A stretch of 64,000 nucleotides of DNA, taken from the NCBI RefSeq assembly GCF_036588685.1, contig NC_086385.1, positions 32,821,216 to 32,885,215 on the forward strand, read 5' to 3'. Below the pieces are notes generated by a model. That model had not been told where the DNA came from. It did not search any database and saw nothing but the letters and a program-made list of their open reading frames with translations. This DNA is from Mytilus trossulus (Eukaryota). The translations under genes and the position numbers were made by a program. Of the stretch, positions 26,480 through 37,952 are shown one piece after another. Each line of letters opens with the position of its first letter. The first letter of the stretch is position 1.

Positions 26480-26956
26480 ACAGAACATAACATAGTAAAA
26501 AATATAAACATTTATTACAAAAGTATAAAATTCATACAAAAATGTGAGCATTATATATAAATATATATATACATAAACATTCTTTATCAAATAAACGTTT
26601 TCGATTAATATAATCTACCCTTTGATATATCCATAAACTTGGACGTTTTAAAATAATGAATTGTAAACTCTTTGGTAAACAGGAATAAATGAATTAATTG
26701 AATAAAATATGTCTTTCACAATAATGTAGTCACGTGAATGCAAAAAGCTGTAATTGTCAATTGAATGTATTTGATTGGACATGATATCACGTGATGGAAC
26801 ATTGTCAACAACTCTGCCAAGTTGAGATAAAGCTGCTTGAATTTTACAAAGTACACTATGTATATAATGTTTTATCCATTTTTGTAAATTCTCCAATAAA
26901 CGTATTCTCGTGAGTCTGATGATACATCGTTTCGTTATCAATAACTTGTTCTAGGT
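26480..26956 (-). pseudogene. Tandem duplicate of paralog B terminal exon (5'-truncated, frameshifted) plus 3'UTR
   Basis: Close copy of about 27056-27515. It starts mid-exon at LEQV without the native acceptor and has a 4-nt insertion near 26859-26862 (ctatgtatata versus ctatata). Confidence 0.9.
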
Positions 26957-27167
26957 AAACTTTACTAGGAATCGGTAATCCTCGAGTGTCTCCGGTTCTC
27001 TCCATCTATTCGTTAGATGGAGATACGGAATCAACCGAGTTGTGACAAATGCCAAAACTGAACATAACATGGTAAAAAATATAAACATTTATTACAAAGT
27101 ATAAAATTCATACAAAAATATTAACATTATATTTACATAAACATTCTTTATCAAATAAAACTTTTTT

Positions 27168-27209
27168 GATTAATATAATCTACCCTTTGATTTATCCATA
27201 AACTTGGAC
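27168..27209 (-). promoter_or_regulatory. Conserved 3'UTR tandem stem-loops (CDE-like), paralog B
   Basis: UCCA-AGUUUA-UGGA followed by GAUUA-UAU-UAAUC. Also kept in the duplicate at 26603-26644. Confidence 0.6.
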
Positions 27210-27212
27210 GTT

Positions 27213-27569
27213 TTAAAAAAATGAATTGTAAACTCTTTGGTAAACGGGAATTAATGAATTAATTGAATAAAATATGTCTCTTACAATTATATAGTCACGT
27301 GAATGCAAAAAGCTGTAATTGTCAACTGAACGTAATTCATTGGACATGATATCACGTGATGGAACATTGTCAACAACTCTGCCAAGTTGAGATAAAGCTG
27401 CTTGAATTTTACAAAGTACACTATATAATGATTTATCCATTTTTGTAAATTCTTCAATAAACGTATTCTCGTGAGTCTGATGATAAATCGTCTCGTTATG
27501 AATAACTTGTTCTAGGAAGACAGCAGCCGAAGAAATTACATTATACGATTTTATGTGCCACGATGCCAC
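27213..27569 (-). CDS. Paralog B exon 4 (helices B-D, stop)
   Basis: tttttacag|GTG acceptor. VASWHIKSYNVISSAAVFLEQ...LYSVLCKIQ...SRDIMSN...RDYIIVRD...NSFF*. AATAAA at 27093-27088. Confidence 0.92.
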   Translation of the reverse strand: MASWHIKSYNVISSAAVFLEQVIHNETIYHQTHENTFIEEFTKMDKSLYSVLCKIQAALSQLGRVVDNVPSRDIMSNELRSVDNYSFLHSRDYIIVRDIFYSINSLIPVYQRVYNSFF

Positions 27570-28261
27570 CTGTAAAAATAAAATGATTATTTTATAATGT
27601 GTCTTCTTTTATCTATCTGATATAAATTAAAGCTACTTAAATATTTAAACAATTACATCTTTAAATACTTTAATTAGCTTAGAATTGAGCCAATAGATTC
27701 TAGAAACATATCTAAAAACATGTATGAATAATTTTGTGGATGTTTTAAGATACTAACTGGCCTAAATTTGATCAATTGATTTTCTGCGTAAAAAGGGTCA
27801 TGAAATAAATAAATAACATATTTATGCGTAGAACCTAAGAAATTATATTGTAAATGTTCAATGTAGAACAGTTCAGTGAGATTATTAAACAGTTTGTCTA
27901 GATCAGGAATATTTAATTAGCTAAATTCGTACGCCGATTTCTTGTTGATCTTCAAATATTTTTTTCATGTAATTTTTGTTTATCGTGTTTTAGTCGGTAT
28001 GAATGATTGAATCAATACTTTATTTGCGAAAGCATAAATAATATGCTATGGCAATACATAAACAAGTATATACAATGTGACAAAACATCAGATAGCAGGG
28101 AACAATACATAATATAATAAAGGTACAATTAATTCACAATACATGATCTAATTTTCCAAGCATATTTCAGATAGTTACAAAGTTTAATTGTGATTGATTT
28201 TGATTTTGCTTGAATTAAATGAAAAAGTTTAGGTTGGTGGCGTATAACTATATTCACTTAC

Positions 28262-28375
28262 ATTATTGATAGCTGACGTAATGTTATCAGTAAAATTTTC
28301 TGGTTTCAGGCCAGGAAAAGGCCCAGCACCATTCAGTGAAGCAATTATGGCTGAATTGCCTATTCTTTTCTCCGC
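28262..28375 (-). CDS. Paralog B exon 3 (AB loop)
   Basis: atatttag|GCG ... AAT|GTAAGT, 114 nt open: AEKRIGNSAIIASLNGAGPFPGLKPENFTDNITSAINN. Not in the ORF track. Confidence 0.9.
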
Positions 28376-28903
28376 CTAAATATTGAACAAAAACAAATTT
28401 TTATTTTCTCATTGACATACATGTAGATCTAATTTTTTTTTATCATCAAAACAATTTAAATTATACAAATGAATATTAGAACATTCAGGATTTATGAGGA
28501 CATATGACTAACAATTAAAAGAAACATTTGTATCACTACAACGCCTTGGAAATACCATTAGAGTCCATGTTTCCCACATAATAAAATATGCAGTTGAATC
28601 GTTCAATTACTACCAAAATGAGGCTGAAAAATACTTTTTTCAATACTATGTTCGTATTTGTTTGAAATGTTTTCTTTTGAGCTCGAAATCCCTCTAAAAA
28701 TATTATTGTTCTTCTGTCCCCGTGGGATGGATAGTATAATGGAGAAAAGAAACGGGATATTTTGAAAATGAATGTTATTGAACGTAATTTATATTTGAGT
28801 GAAACACTCATTACCCCAGCAACCAACAGATAATCCGTGTATTACATTGGCGTGTAAACTTTAAAAAGCCTGAGCGCATCTTTTGATTACATTTTTTACT
28901 TAC

Positions 28904-29052
28904 ATAATTTACTCGTGTTTGATTGGTCAATTTAACAGCATCCTGTAATTTCGATATCACTTCTAGTATGAGTTGACTTTGATTACCGCAAGGGCTTCTC
29001 CATTTCTCAGCCACAGGAAAAGAACTGATTTTGTGTATCATGGCTATAAAAG
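28904..29052 (-). CDS. Paralog B exon 2 (WRSPCG motif, helix A)
   Basis: ttttttacag|CT (phase 1) and TAT|GTAAGT. Translates FIAMIHKISSFPVAEKWRSPCGNQSQLILEVISKLQDAVKLTNQTRVNY. Confidence 0.9.
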
Positions 29053-29099
29053 CTGTAAAAAATGAAACAGTTGAAAGTTAATGACATTTTACAGACTCA

Positions 29100-29499
29100 T
29101 CAAGGTATAAGACTCGGACTTCTCTTGAACTGAATTTTAATGTGCGTATTGTTATGCTTTACTTTTCTACATTGGTTAGAGGTATAGGAGGAGGGTTGAG
29201 ATCTCACAAACATGTTTAACCCCGCCGCATTTTTGCGCCTATCCCAAGTCAGGAGCCTCTGGCCTTTGTTAGTCTTGTATTATTTTAATTTTAGTTTCTT
29301 TTGTACAATTTGGAAATTAGTATGGCGTTCATTATCACTGGACTAATATATATTTGTTTAGGGGCCAGCTGAAGGACGCCTCCGGGTGCGGGAATTTCTC
29401 GCTACATTGAAGACCTGTTGGTGACCTTCTGCTGTTGTTTTTTATTTGTTCGGGTTGTTGTCTCTTTGACACATTCCCCATTTCCATTCTCAATTTTAT
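29100..29499 (-). repeat. Abundant Mytilus-type interspersed repeat family B (gagaatggaaatggggaatgtgtcaaagagac); other copies 22530-22640, 41619-41985, 53056-53310, 55213-55335, 55590-55850, 60316-60566
   Basis: Multiple homologous copies in both orientations within the window. Confidence 0.85.
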
Positions 29500-29929
29500 T
29501 ACAACATTTGTTACCCTCTCTCAAAGGGGGATAAACTGTTGTTACTCGGCCTCAAAGGGAGTTAATTTTAGTTGAAACCCGCTCTAGCATATATGGTATA
29601 CCACTTTCTTCCCATTAAAAACGATATCGCTTAGTTCTGTACATGCAACCCAATTTCAAAGGCATAAACATGGCTTTATAATAGCAAAAACGAATGGATA
29701 ATCATATTGCTAACCAACACAATAAATATAATTGAAATAATTTAAGATTTTTTTTTAGATACACTTCAATCATGTTTAACAAGAATGCTTGTCAATACAA
29801 AATTCTTCGATAATTGTTATTAAAACTGTCTTCAAAAAAAATGTAGAGTACTTTAAAAAGCATAAAAGACGTGACGTGGTAAAATCCGAAAATTGTTAAA
29901 CCAGAATTTAAATGTAAATGGTTTTATTT

Positions 29930-30670
29930 ATAATACTAAAATTACGAGGTCCAATTTGTCAGCCGTCATCACGTAAAAACGACGAATCAAAGAATTCAAC
30001 TTTATATATAACTAATATAGTACAAAAGTGTAGATTAAAAATTACACCACTCCAGGCCCTTTTGTTTTCCACGTAATTAATATTGCCAATAATTAAGAAG
30101 TTCCGGGTCGAGTCCGATACCGATACCAATAGTATATTCACCTGTTACCTATTACCTTATCTGTATGTTCCGCATCTGACAAGCGCACCACCAAACAGTG
30201 TATTTAGGATTAATATGCTATATACACGGGTCATAATCACAGGGTTGACACTACTAAATTTAATCAGTAAGACTTTCTAAGATAACAATACGAATACTAA
30301 AATCTGGACTAAAAAGAAGACGTATAGGTACAGTTTTCAATTTGTTAGCGGGCATGACGTAAAACAGTGAATCAAAGAATTCAACTTTATTTATAACTAT
30401 ATAGGACAATGCTGTTGATTAAAAAATACTTCATTCCAGGACCTTTTGTTTTCTAAATAATTTCAGTGATCAATATAATCAATAATTGATAAGTTTCAGT
30501 TCGCCGTGACGGGTTCAAACAGAAAGCCGATTTGAAAGCAGAGAAAACTGCGTATCTTATAATCGGTATGACATTATCAGATGACTATACTTATACAAAA
30601 ATAAGACTTGCGCATAGTAAAACACTTTAATTCAATCACGGACCCGCAATATCACGGGTGTGTGTTAGTA
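29930..30670 (+). mobile_element. Non-autonomous Helitron-like element in paralog B intron 1
   Basis: Internal duplicated block (gaatcaaagaattcaacttta twice). 3' hairpin ACCCGC-AATATC-ACGGGT followed by TTAGT (CTAG-like terminus). Confidence 0.55.
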
Positions 30671-32464
30671 TACTATATACATTAGCGACGTTCCATTATT
30701 ATGTAAAATTGGTGATGATCGAATGAAACAAAACAGCGTGAAATAATTTAAGGGAAATTAGTCGTCTCTTTTAATATTCTCACCATCCGGTCACATGCAT
30801 GGTCAAAAGAATGTTACACAAACTAAACATTTATATGAACTAAAAACCAAGGATAATTTAGACAAAGAGACATGATAGAGGTATAAAATCTAAATTTGCA
30901 ACTCAATTAAGTCTATGAATTACAACATTCTAGAAAGAAAAGAAGAATTTCGTTGTTTTTTTTACTTTCCCTGACGTGTAACCGCTTTCGTTTTTGTTTC
31001 TCTCTCTGACGTGAAACGAAATCATCCAAACAAAAGGTGAGTTTCAGTTTTTCACAATTATATTAAATTTATTACTGCTTTATTGCTATTTGTGTAATAT
31101 AATAAAGATAACTATTTCAATATGATGAACTAACGATTGCAGTAACTTTTGAAAATATTGTCATAAAATAATGCTTAAACAAATGAAAAGAAAAGTAACG
31201 GTTTTATTTTGTTTTTATGATTTAATGCGGCAATACACCATTTTCCGTATTTTATATATATCCCGAATCATCTTATTTATTTTTGAATTTATTAATTAAA
31301 TGATATACATTCTGTTTCTGAAAACTATTAATTATTATTTTTCATATTTTTGTAATGAGATTCTGTTTATTGTCCTAATAAAAGTCTCAAAAACATATAG
31401 CGTTGTAAACAGTTCATTCTAACTGACATGTAGTTCTATATAATGGCATTTTATTTATAAATTACACGTCACATTAACATTACCATGATACATGTTTTTC
31501 ATTCTATGAGGCTCCTAATGGTGTTCTTCATTTTTAGATACTTTAAATTTGTAAGCCATGGTATCTCTATTTCTTAATTAGTTTTGCCTTTTTTTTCTAT
31601 TTTTTCTATTTCAACACCACAGAATGGCATTATTTATTGATAATTATTTCTTTTTGCTTTTTTTGTTTATTCCTATTTTTTGTGCCTTATTTTGCACGTT
31701 TTGTCAATTATTCTCTGAGAACCACACATATCCTCTCCTAAATCTTCGTGTGATGCCTAAATGCTAAGTATATCCTATACTATATTTTTTGCATTACAAC
31801 AATCCGATGTACGTACCTAAGGAAGCGATATAGTGGGCTGCTACTTGTTTCATTTTGACTTTTACGTTGTTTTAAATTCTTTGTCCAGTGTATCAAGAAT
31901 ATTTATACTGATAAACATTGATGCATATTCTTTTATATATTCTATTAGGAATCCCAAAACGAAGATTTTGATAATATGTACTATATATATATTAATAATT
32001 TAATTACTAGGTATTTCCTCTGATCTTATGAGACTCTTAGAGAATGAAAGTAGCGAGCGGCTAAATATTTATAATCAACTTATCCAATAATCAAGAAACA
32101 GGGTATTCAGGAAGTTTCAAGTGGTCTGAAATGGAAAAAAAACTTCTATTTTTAGAAAGATGTACATTTAGTGTTTGCGGTAGAATGCGGAAGTGATGAT
32201 GTCATTTTCTCACGGTTGTTACTGAATTTGATGAATGGATTTAAACTTTTCTTCAACGTATGTAGTTACGATATTGTCGAAAGAAACAGATTAATTTGTT
32301 TCGGTTTATCGACTTTATATTTGATTTCTTCCATTAGATATGTTCTCTTTTAATTCCTTTAAAAAAATTTACGACGATAATTAATAAAAGATCTGGTTCA
32401 TAAAAGTTAATTTTTTGAAAGCGAACACTTTCTAGGTTATTAAATCCCGAATACACCTACATAC

Positions 32465-32480
32465 ATAAAATTAAAGTCAT
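32465..32480 (-). CDS. Paralog B candidate exon 1 (MTLIL)
   Basis: ATG ACT TTA ATT TTA T|GTATGT, phase 1, giving MTLILSFIAMIHKISS/FP. TATATATA at 32577-32570; TATA-to-donor spacing of about 113 nt versus about 119 nt in paralog A. Confidence 0.55.
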
Positions 32481-32539
32481 ATGACTAAGCCTTTTAACCT
32501 TACTATTTTGTTATGAATTAGAATTTGACAGAATACGTG

Positions 32540-32580
32540 ACAGAACATTAAACATGTAGCCCATAGTAATATATATACCG
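32540..32580 (-). promoter_or_regulatory. Paralog B candidate TATA box/core promoter
   Basis: GGTATATATATT about 90 nt upstream of the candidate ATG, with spacing like paralog A. Confidence 0.45.
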
Positions 32581-33296
32581 CCTCAGCATGAGCATATTGC
32601 AATATTGAATGTTGAGAAATTCATGTATTATATTTATGTAGGTATTTATTTATCTGTTTATGAATAAAATATTGTTTACACTAACCAACACCATCAATTT
32701 ACTTGAAATAATTAAAGATTTTATTCTTGAGATAAACTTCAATTATGTTTGATATTAAATGTCCGTCAATACCCTTTGGTAATTGATATTAAAACTGTCT
32801 TCAAAAGCAACATAAAGTACTTCATAGTATTAAAGATGGGACAAGGTAAAAATCCAAAATGTAAAAAAAAAACGTCGTAGATAGAGCTCATTTCTACTTT
32901 AGGGAGCTACCATTGGATTTTTTTCATAAAAAAAGGCAGGACAGGAGATTTGAGTATAAAAAGACGGGCTGGATAAGCAACTTTGTATAACAAAAAAAAA
33001 AAGGGCAGGATGTCAGAGTCAATTTATGTAAAAAATGGCAGGATAAAACTAATGATCGGACCGAAAAGAGTGAAAAATAAAAAGGCAGGACAGAGATTAT
33101 AACTAAATGAAATGCAGGACAAAAGTTTTCATCCTAGCCCCCCCTTTTCCCCCCTAACAATCAAATAGTAGCTCCTTTAATCTCTCGAAGTCTTACAAAC
33201 ATCCAAAGCTGATGAAGGACGTCAATGACTGAATCATGTGTATAATTATGCAGCCACGTCCAGTCAGAATATATGACCTTATCGGTCGTCCCACTG

Positions 33297-33447
33297 CAGG
33301 GGCGGATGCAGGAATTTTCGATAGGGGGGTGCTTACCCAGGGCAAAGGGGGGGGGGGGCAAAACATATGTCCCGATACAAATGCATTGATCGGCAAAAAT
33401 AAAGGGGGGTGCGCACCCCCGGAACCCCCCCTCTGGATCCGCTACTG
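33297..33447. mobile_element. CAGGGGCGGATCC-type MITE family with 5-bp TSD (also 6967-7123, 11445-11592, 53856-54016, 56399-56527)
   Basis: TIR CAG(G/T)GGCGGAT. TSDs CACTG/CACTG here, CTGAT/CTGAT at 11445, GTAAA/GTAAC at 6967. Confidence 0.8.
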
Positions 33448-33620
33448 CACTGTCTATATCACTCTGTTCAGCTCTTAATATTATTCCGTATCATGTCTTT
33501 GTGACGTCAAATACGTTGACCCGGCCTTAATAACTTTGACCCGGACTTATCAAGTCATCTTTTGTGTGCTGGAGAAACAAAGAAAACACTTCTTAACCAC
33601 GCAAATATAGCCCGATAAAT

Positions 33621-33782
33621 TGATTATCAGGTTATCTGCATATTGATATTGTAAAATATCAGCTCCTTGACATAAAATGAAGGCTTTTTGATCTCGTTCG
33701 CTACGCTCACTCGACAAAAAGCTTCATATTATGTTTCGCAGCTGATATTTTGCGATATCAACATGCAGATAACCTGATAATC
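33621..33782. mobile_element. Palindromic foldback element (similar hairpins at 38112-38245, 40722-40838, 48880-49000)
   Basis: Arms of about 75 bp (gattatcaggttatctgcat...atgcagataacctgataatc) around a cgctacgctcactcg centre. Confidence 0.7.
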
Positions 33783-34929
33783 GGTACTAACTTTGTTAAT
33801 TCTCGTAAATGGTGAGTATAAAGTTTTCTGTGCATTTACTACTTGAAGGGCTCGTGACCTATGGACAAGCAGTGTTGCTCATATTAACATGGAAATATAT
33901 TATATTTGTTAACCATTTAAAGATATTGACAAATATAATGCATACTCATTTTAAAATGAGCAAAGAGCATGGCATGAACATACAATTTCTTAATCATATA
34001 AACTTTGATAATAAACAAATATTTTCCTTATTGCAAAACCATTTTTTGGCCATAGCAATACAGACATAAAACAAACTAAAAAAAACCTCAGACATAATAA
34101 CATGCATGTTAAGGTGGTACGAAAACAATTGACTAAAATTTATTTAGCCCGTCCAATTTTCATTAAATTTTGACAAAATATTTAATTTCAGCCTTTGACA
34201 AAAATATAAAAATTTCAAAAAACTTGAACCATCATTCCTGGAAAACAGTCATTGGATATATAGCAGTTTGGCAAACACTTACTTTGATCATATTGAGAAG
34301 CTTAATATTTCCTTAAAAATAAATGATAATATGCATTTTAAAACAGTTTTGGTATCTTTTTCTCAGTAACAACGTTTTTATAAACGAAACGACTGATTTT
34401 ATATCAATTTTGTGTTAATGGATAAAGTGTAATCGCTAGTTTATCAGTTAAGCTAAGTGTATTAAAATGACACATTTCGCGATATGATATTTAAAAAGGT
34501 TTCTCTATATTTTTTTTTCTTTTTTTTTTTATTAATTTCATATTTAAATTAAAGTAAAAATAAAATTCATCATATAAGATATTACAATTTTTACTAGCTA
34601 TATACAATGCAGACTTCTGATCCACAAGCATATGCGTAGGGTACGAATTTCTTTTTAATGCTGCATTTGATAAGGTCATTCAATTTCATTTCCCTTGGCA
34701 ATCGTTTTCATTTCCAAACTGTTTCTAACCCTCACCTATAAGCTTCCTCCCTCAGAAAAACTTAAATGGATATCACCTTAACTCTTCACATTATTATTTT
34801 TAATAATTTTCATGTACTATTAAAAACTAAAGCTGTGTCATAACTCTTTATTGTATAAGAGCACATTTTTCCTCGCAGAACGTGATGAAAAAGTAGCGTG
34901 CATTATTCTATATGATATTGCACTACTAA

Positions 34930-35305
34930 ATAAATAAACTCATCATAGATACCAGGATTGAAATTTTGTATTTACGCCAGACTTCAAAAGACTCATCATT
35001 GACGCTGGAATAAGTGCAAATTTGAAGAGCATTGTGGACCAAATACAGCTGAAAATACAGCTTCTAATCATGCAAGAATAACAGTTAATGGGTTATTTCA
35101 TGAATGTTTGTAGATTGTATTCATTGACTCGTTTTGTCTACAAAAGACTCACCATTGACGCTGGAATAAAGTACGAAGTTGTAGAGCATAATCCTTTGGG
35201 GACCCAAATTTTCAAAAGTGTTGCCAAATACAGCTGAAAATACAGACGAATTACAGTTAATGGGTTATTTCATGAATGTTTGTAGATGTATTCATTGACT
35301 CGAAG
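34930..35305 (-). repeat. Two degenerate tandem copies of the hammerhead-bearing repeat family
   Basis: gataccaggatt...tacgccagac...aaaagactcatcattgacgct and cgttttgtctacaaaagactcaccattgacgct are reverse complements of the 59265-59350 element. The catalytic core is decayed. Confidence 0.6.
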
Positions 35306-37625
35306 AATATTTACTCCATTTTCAAATTGGTGCATTATTTAAAAAAATGAAATAACTTAAGTATTGATGTCATTCTCCAGCTGTCCAAAAACTAGGTCGA
35401 CATGTTAAAAAATAAAACATTCATTATTATCACCCACATCAATGAACGGATATAGAAATACGCAAATACATAAAGTTTAAAAAGATTAAACAGTTAAAAT
35501 GATTGTATTCGACGAACAGGTGAAACATCTAAAATTACACCTTTGCGGTTTCGTTGTAATTTCTGTTATACCACTTTAATAACAAATAAATTTACTATAA
35601 TGGATAGCTTTTAGAAAAGCGCAATTTGGGAACCCCGTTTGATCTAAGACGTACCTCACTTTCACATAATTTACTTTGCGTTTCATTTAACTTTTATGGA
35701 ATATACGAAACTACTGCATACAAAGGCTTTAATCTTTTTATTGCATTGTAACAGTAGCATGAGTAGTTGCCTCTACGAAGGCATCACAAAAAAATAATTA
35801 AAAAAACCCTTAAAAAACTCAATATAAAAATCGTTTATAATTTGTTATCAAGAAAAAACACAAAAATCATGTGTATCGAAATTGAAATAGATCTAAAAGT
35901 ATGACTTAATAAACACAAAGTATTCTCTTAGTTCCTTTGTCAAATCCCGGTCTCTTTTTTTTTCGAAGATCCGGTATGTATCAGCCTTAATTTCTATGTA
36001 AAAAAAACAAGTTTTGGTATGGGAAACACACAAAATCATTAATGATATAAAATGAGAGTCCCTTATTTTAAACGAGCGAGGGAAAAAGGGGGATAGGGTA
36101 TAATCAAAGAACGAATTTAAGAATAGACGTTAGAATCTTACTCTCAGAATAGGTGGAGAAAATGTAACTCATTAGGCCAGAGGCGCCACTTGACTATTTT
36201 CCATATTTTATACAGAAAAAAATATTCTGGTATAACAATACACTGATGGAGGAACAAGAAAATAAACCATAACAAGAATGTGTCCAAAGTACACGGATGT
36301 CCAACGTGCACTATCAATCTCCATGTCCGTGAAAACGGACAAAAAAGCAAAATGAACCCCTCCAAAATCTTGGGTTAGTCTCAGTGACTCTCAAAAGCGT
36401 AAACAGAACCTGCTGCACATGTGGTTTTTAAAGTATTGACAACTCAAACTCATTAATTTTGAAGAAATTCTAGTTGAACAGGGATAAGGTTATAGACCTC
36501 TACATACGTTTTTTAAGGGTGATTTTAATATAATTTCAACCGTGAAAGTCGAAATGTCATTTTTATAATTATAAATAAAAATTTAAAACAACAAAAATCA
36601 CTGTCAAGATTTTCACCAAAGATGAGAGTGAATCTTTTGGAACTTTTCATTGTAACCTCCTTAAAGATGTCTTGACCAATCACAACGTTTAAAATATGAT
36701 GTGTTGACAAATCACAACGCTTAAAATAAAACGTTCTTACGATGCATATTTATTTTCAATTTCAGACAAAATGATAAGTATATGATGGTATGTATGACAG
36801 GAAAACACAATGAACCTATCTTATAATATTGTTTAAGAGCTTATTCGATGTGTAGGTCAAGTATTTTTAAAGAGGGTCAACACACTATTATTGTTTAATT
36901 TATTTTTTTGATTTGCGGGGGTGATGAATACGAAAAACAAACATATACATAGAAGAAAAGACAGATATATAAGCAAGGGTCTGTCTGAGGCGTATGTTTA
37001 CTATTTATATCCTAATACCGCATAAAAAATAAGTTCGAAAATGAAAATTAAGCATTTAAAATCTCATGCAGACATGTTTACGTTTAAAGTTGTTAGTTCT
37101 AATATAGATTTTTGACATCTTAAGAGTTTTCCTTAAATGGATGTTTTTGATAACACTCTGTAAATATCAAACCAATTGGGCAATAGGGTATCTTTTGATG
37201 AAAAAAATATTTATAGATATATCCCCATTATTTGTATCTAGACGTTTGTTTTTTTTATTATCTATTTTCACCGATTTACTTAAACTTAACTTTGTTTTTA
37301 TTGAAAAATAAGATTTTGACTTAATTGACATACTCAATCTAGAAGCTAGAGAGATCGCAACAACATAATACCACCTTCTTGACAGTATAATATGGTGTAG
37401 CATTCAACTATTCTACTATTTTCATTGGATATTACGATCATGTGTTTCGAAGGCTATTTTACGTATCTCTTTCTACTTATATCTAGATCGACGCTATGTT
37501 TCTATTTTTACGTATATGAGTGGTCAATATATAAACATCTTAGATTTATGACGTCATGACGTCTCTCATAACAACCATAGAGGAAGCGCCGACGTTTATC
37601 ATGATATTTCAAGAATTTCTTTTAA

Positions 37626-37952
37626 GGTAGATTCATGGTGTACAGTCACCTTTGATTGAATAATTACAGTACAAAACCATTTTTATTTTTATTTTCTCAA
37701 AACATATTATGAAACCTATCGTCTCACAATTTATTTCAAAATTCTATCTCATAGAACTTTTTATATGCACACTAATGTGTTTTTTCATGAACAAACAAAC
37801 CAAATTTTGGCAATTTTCAACGACTCATAGCTTGAAAAATAGCACGGTGACCCATACTTTTTAATAAATTTTCGAAAAAAGCATAGTTAAATCTTCATTT
37901 TGGCAAATTCTAAGAAAATTCTGTCTCAAAAAATATATACTTATGATCTACC
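37626..37952. mobile_element. TTAA-flanked non-autonomous element (Kolobok/piggyBac-like); similar TTAA-ended pieces at 34111-34320 and 44080-44475
   Basis: ttaaGGTAGAT...ATCTACCttaa. Confidence 0.6.

Noticed and set aside
30783-30830. MFSLCNILLTMHVTG as paralog B exon 1
   Set aside because: The donor is phase 2, incompatible with the phase-1 exon 2.
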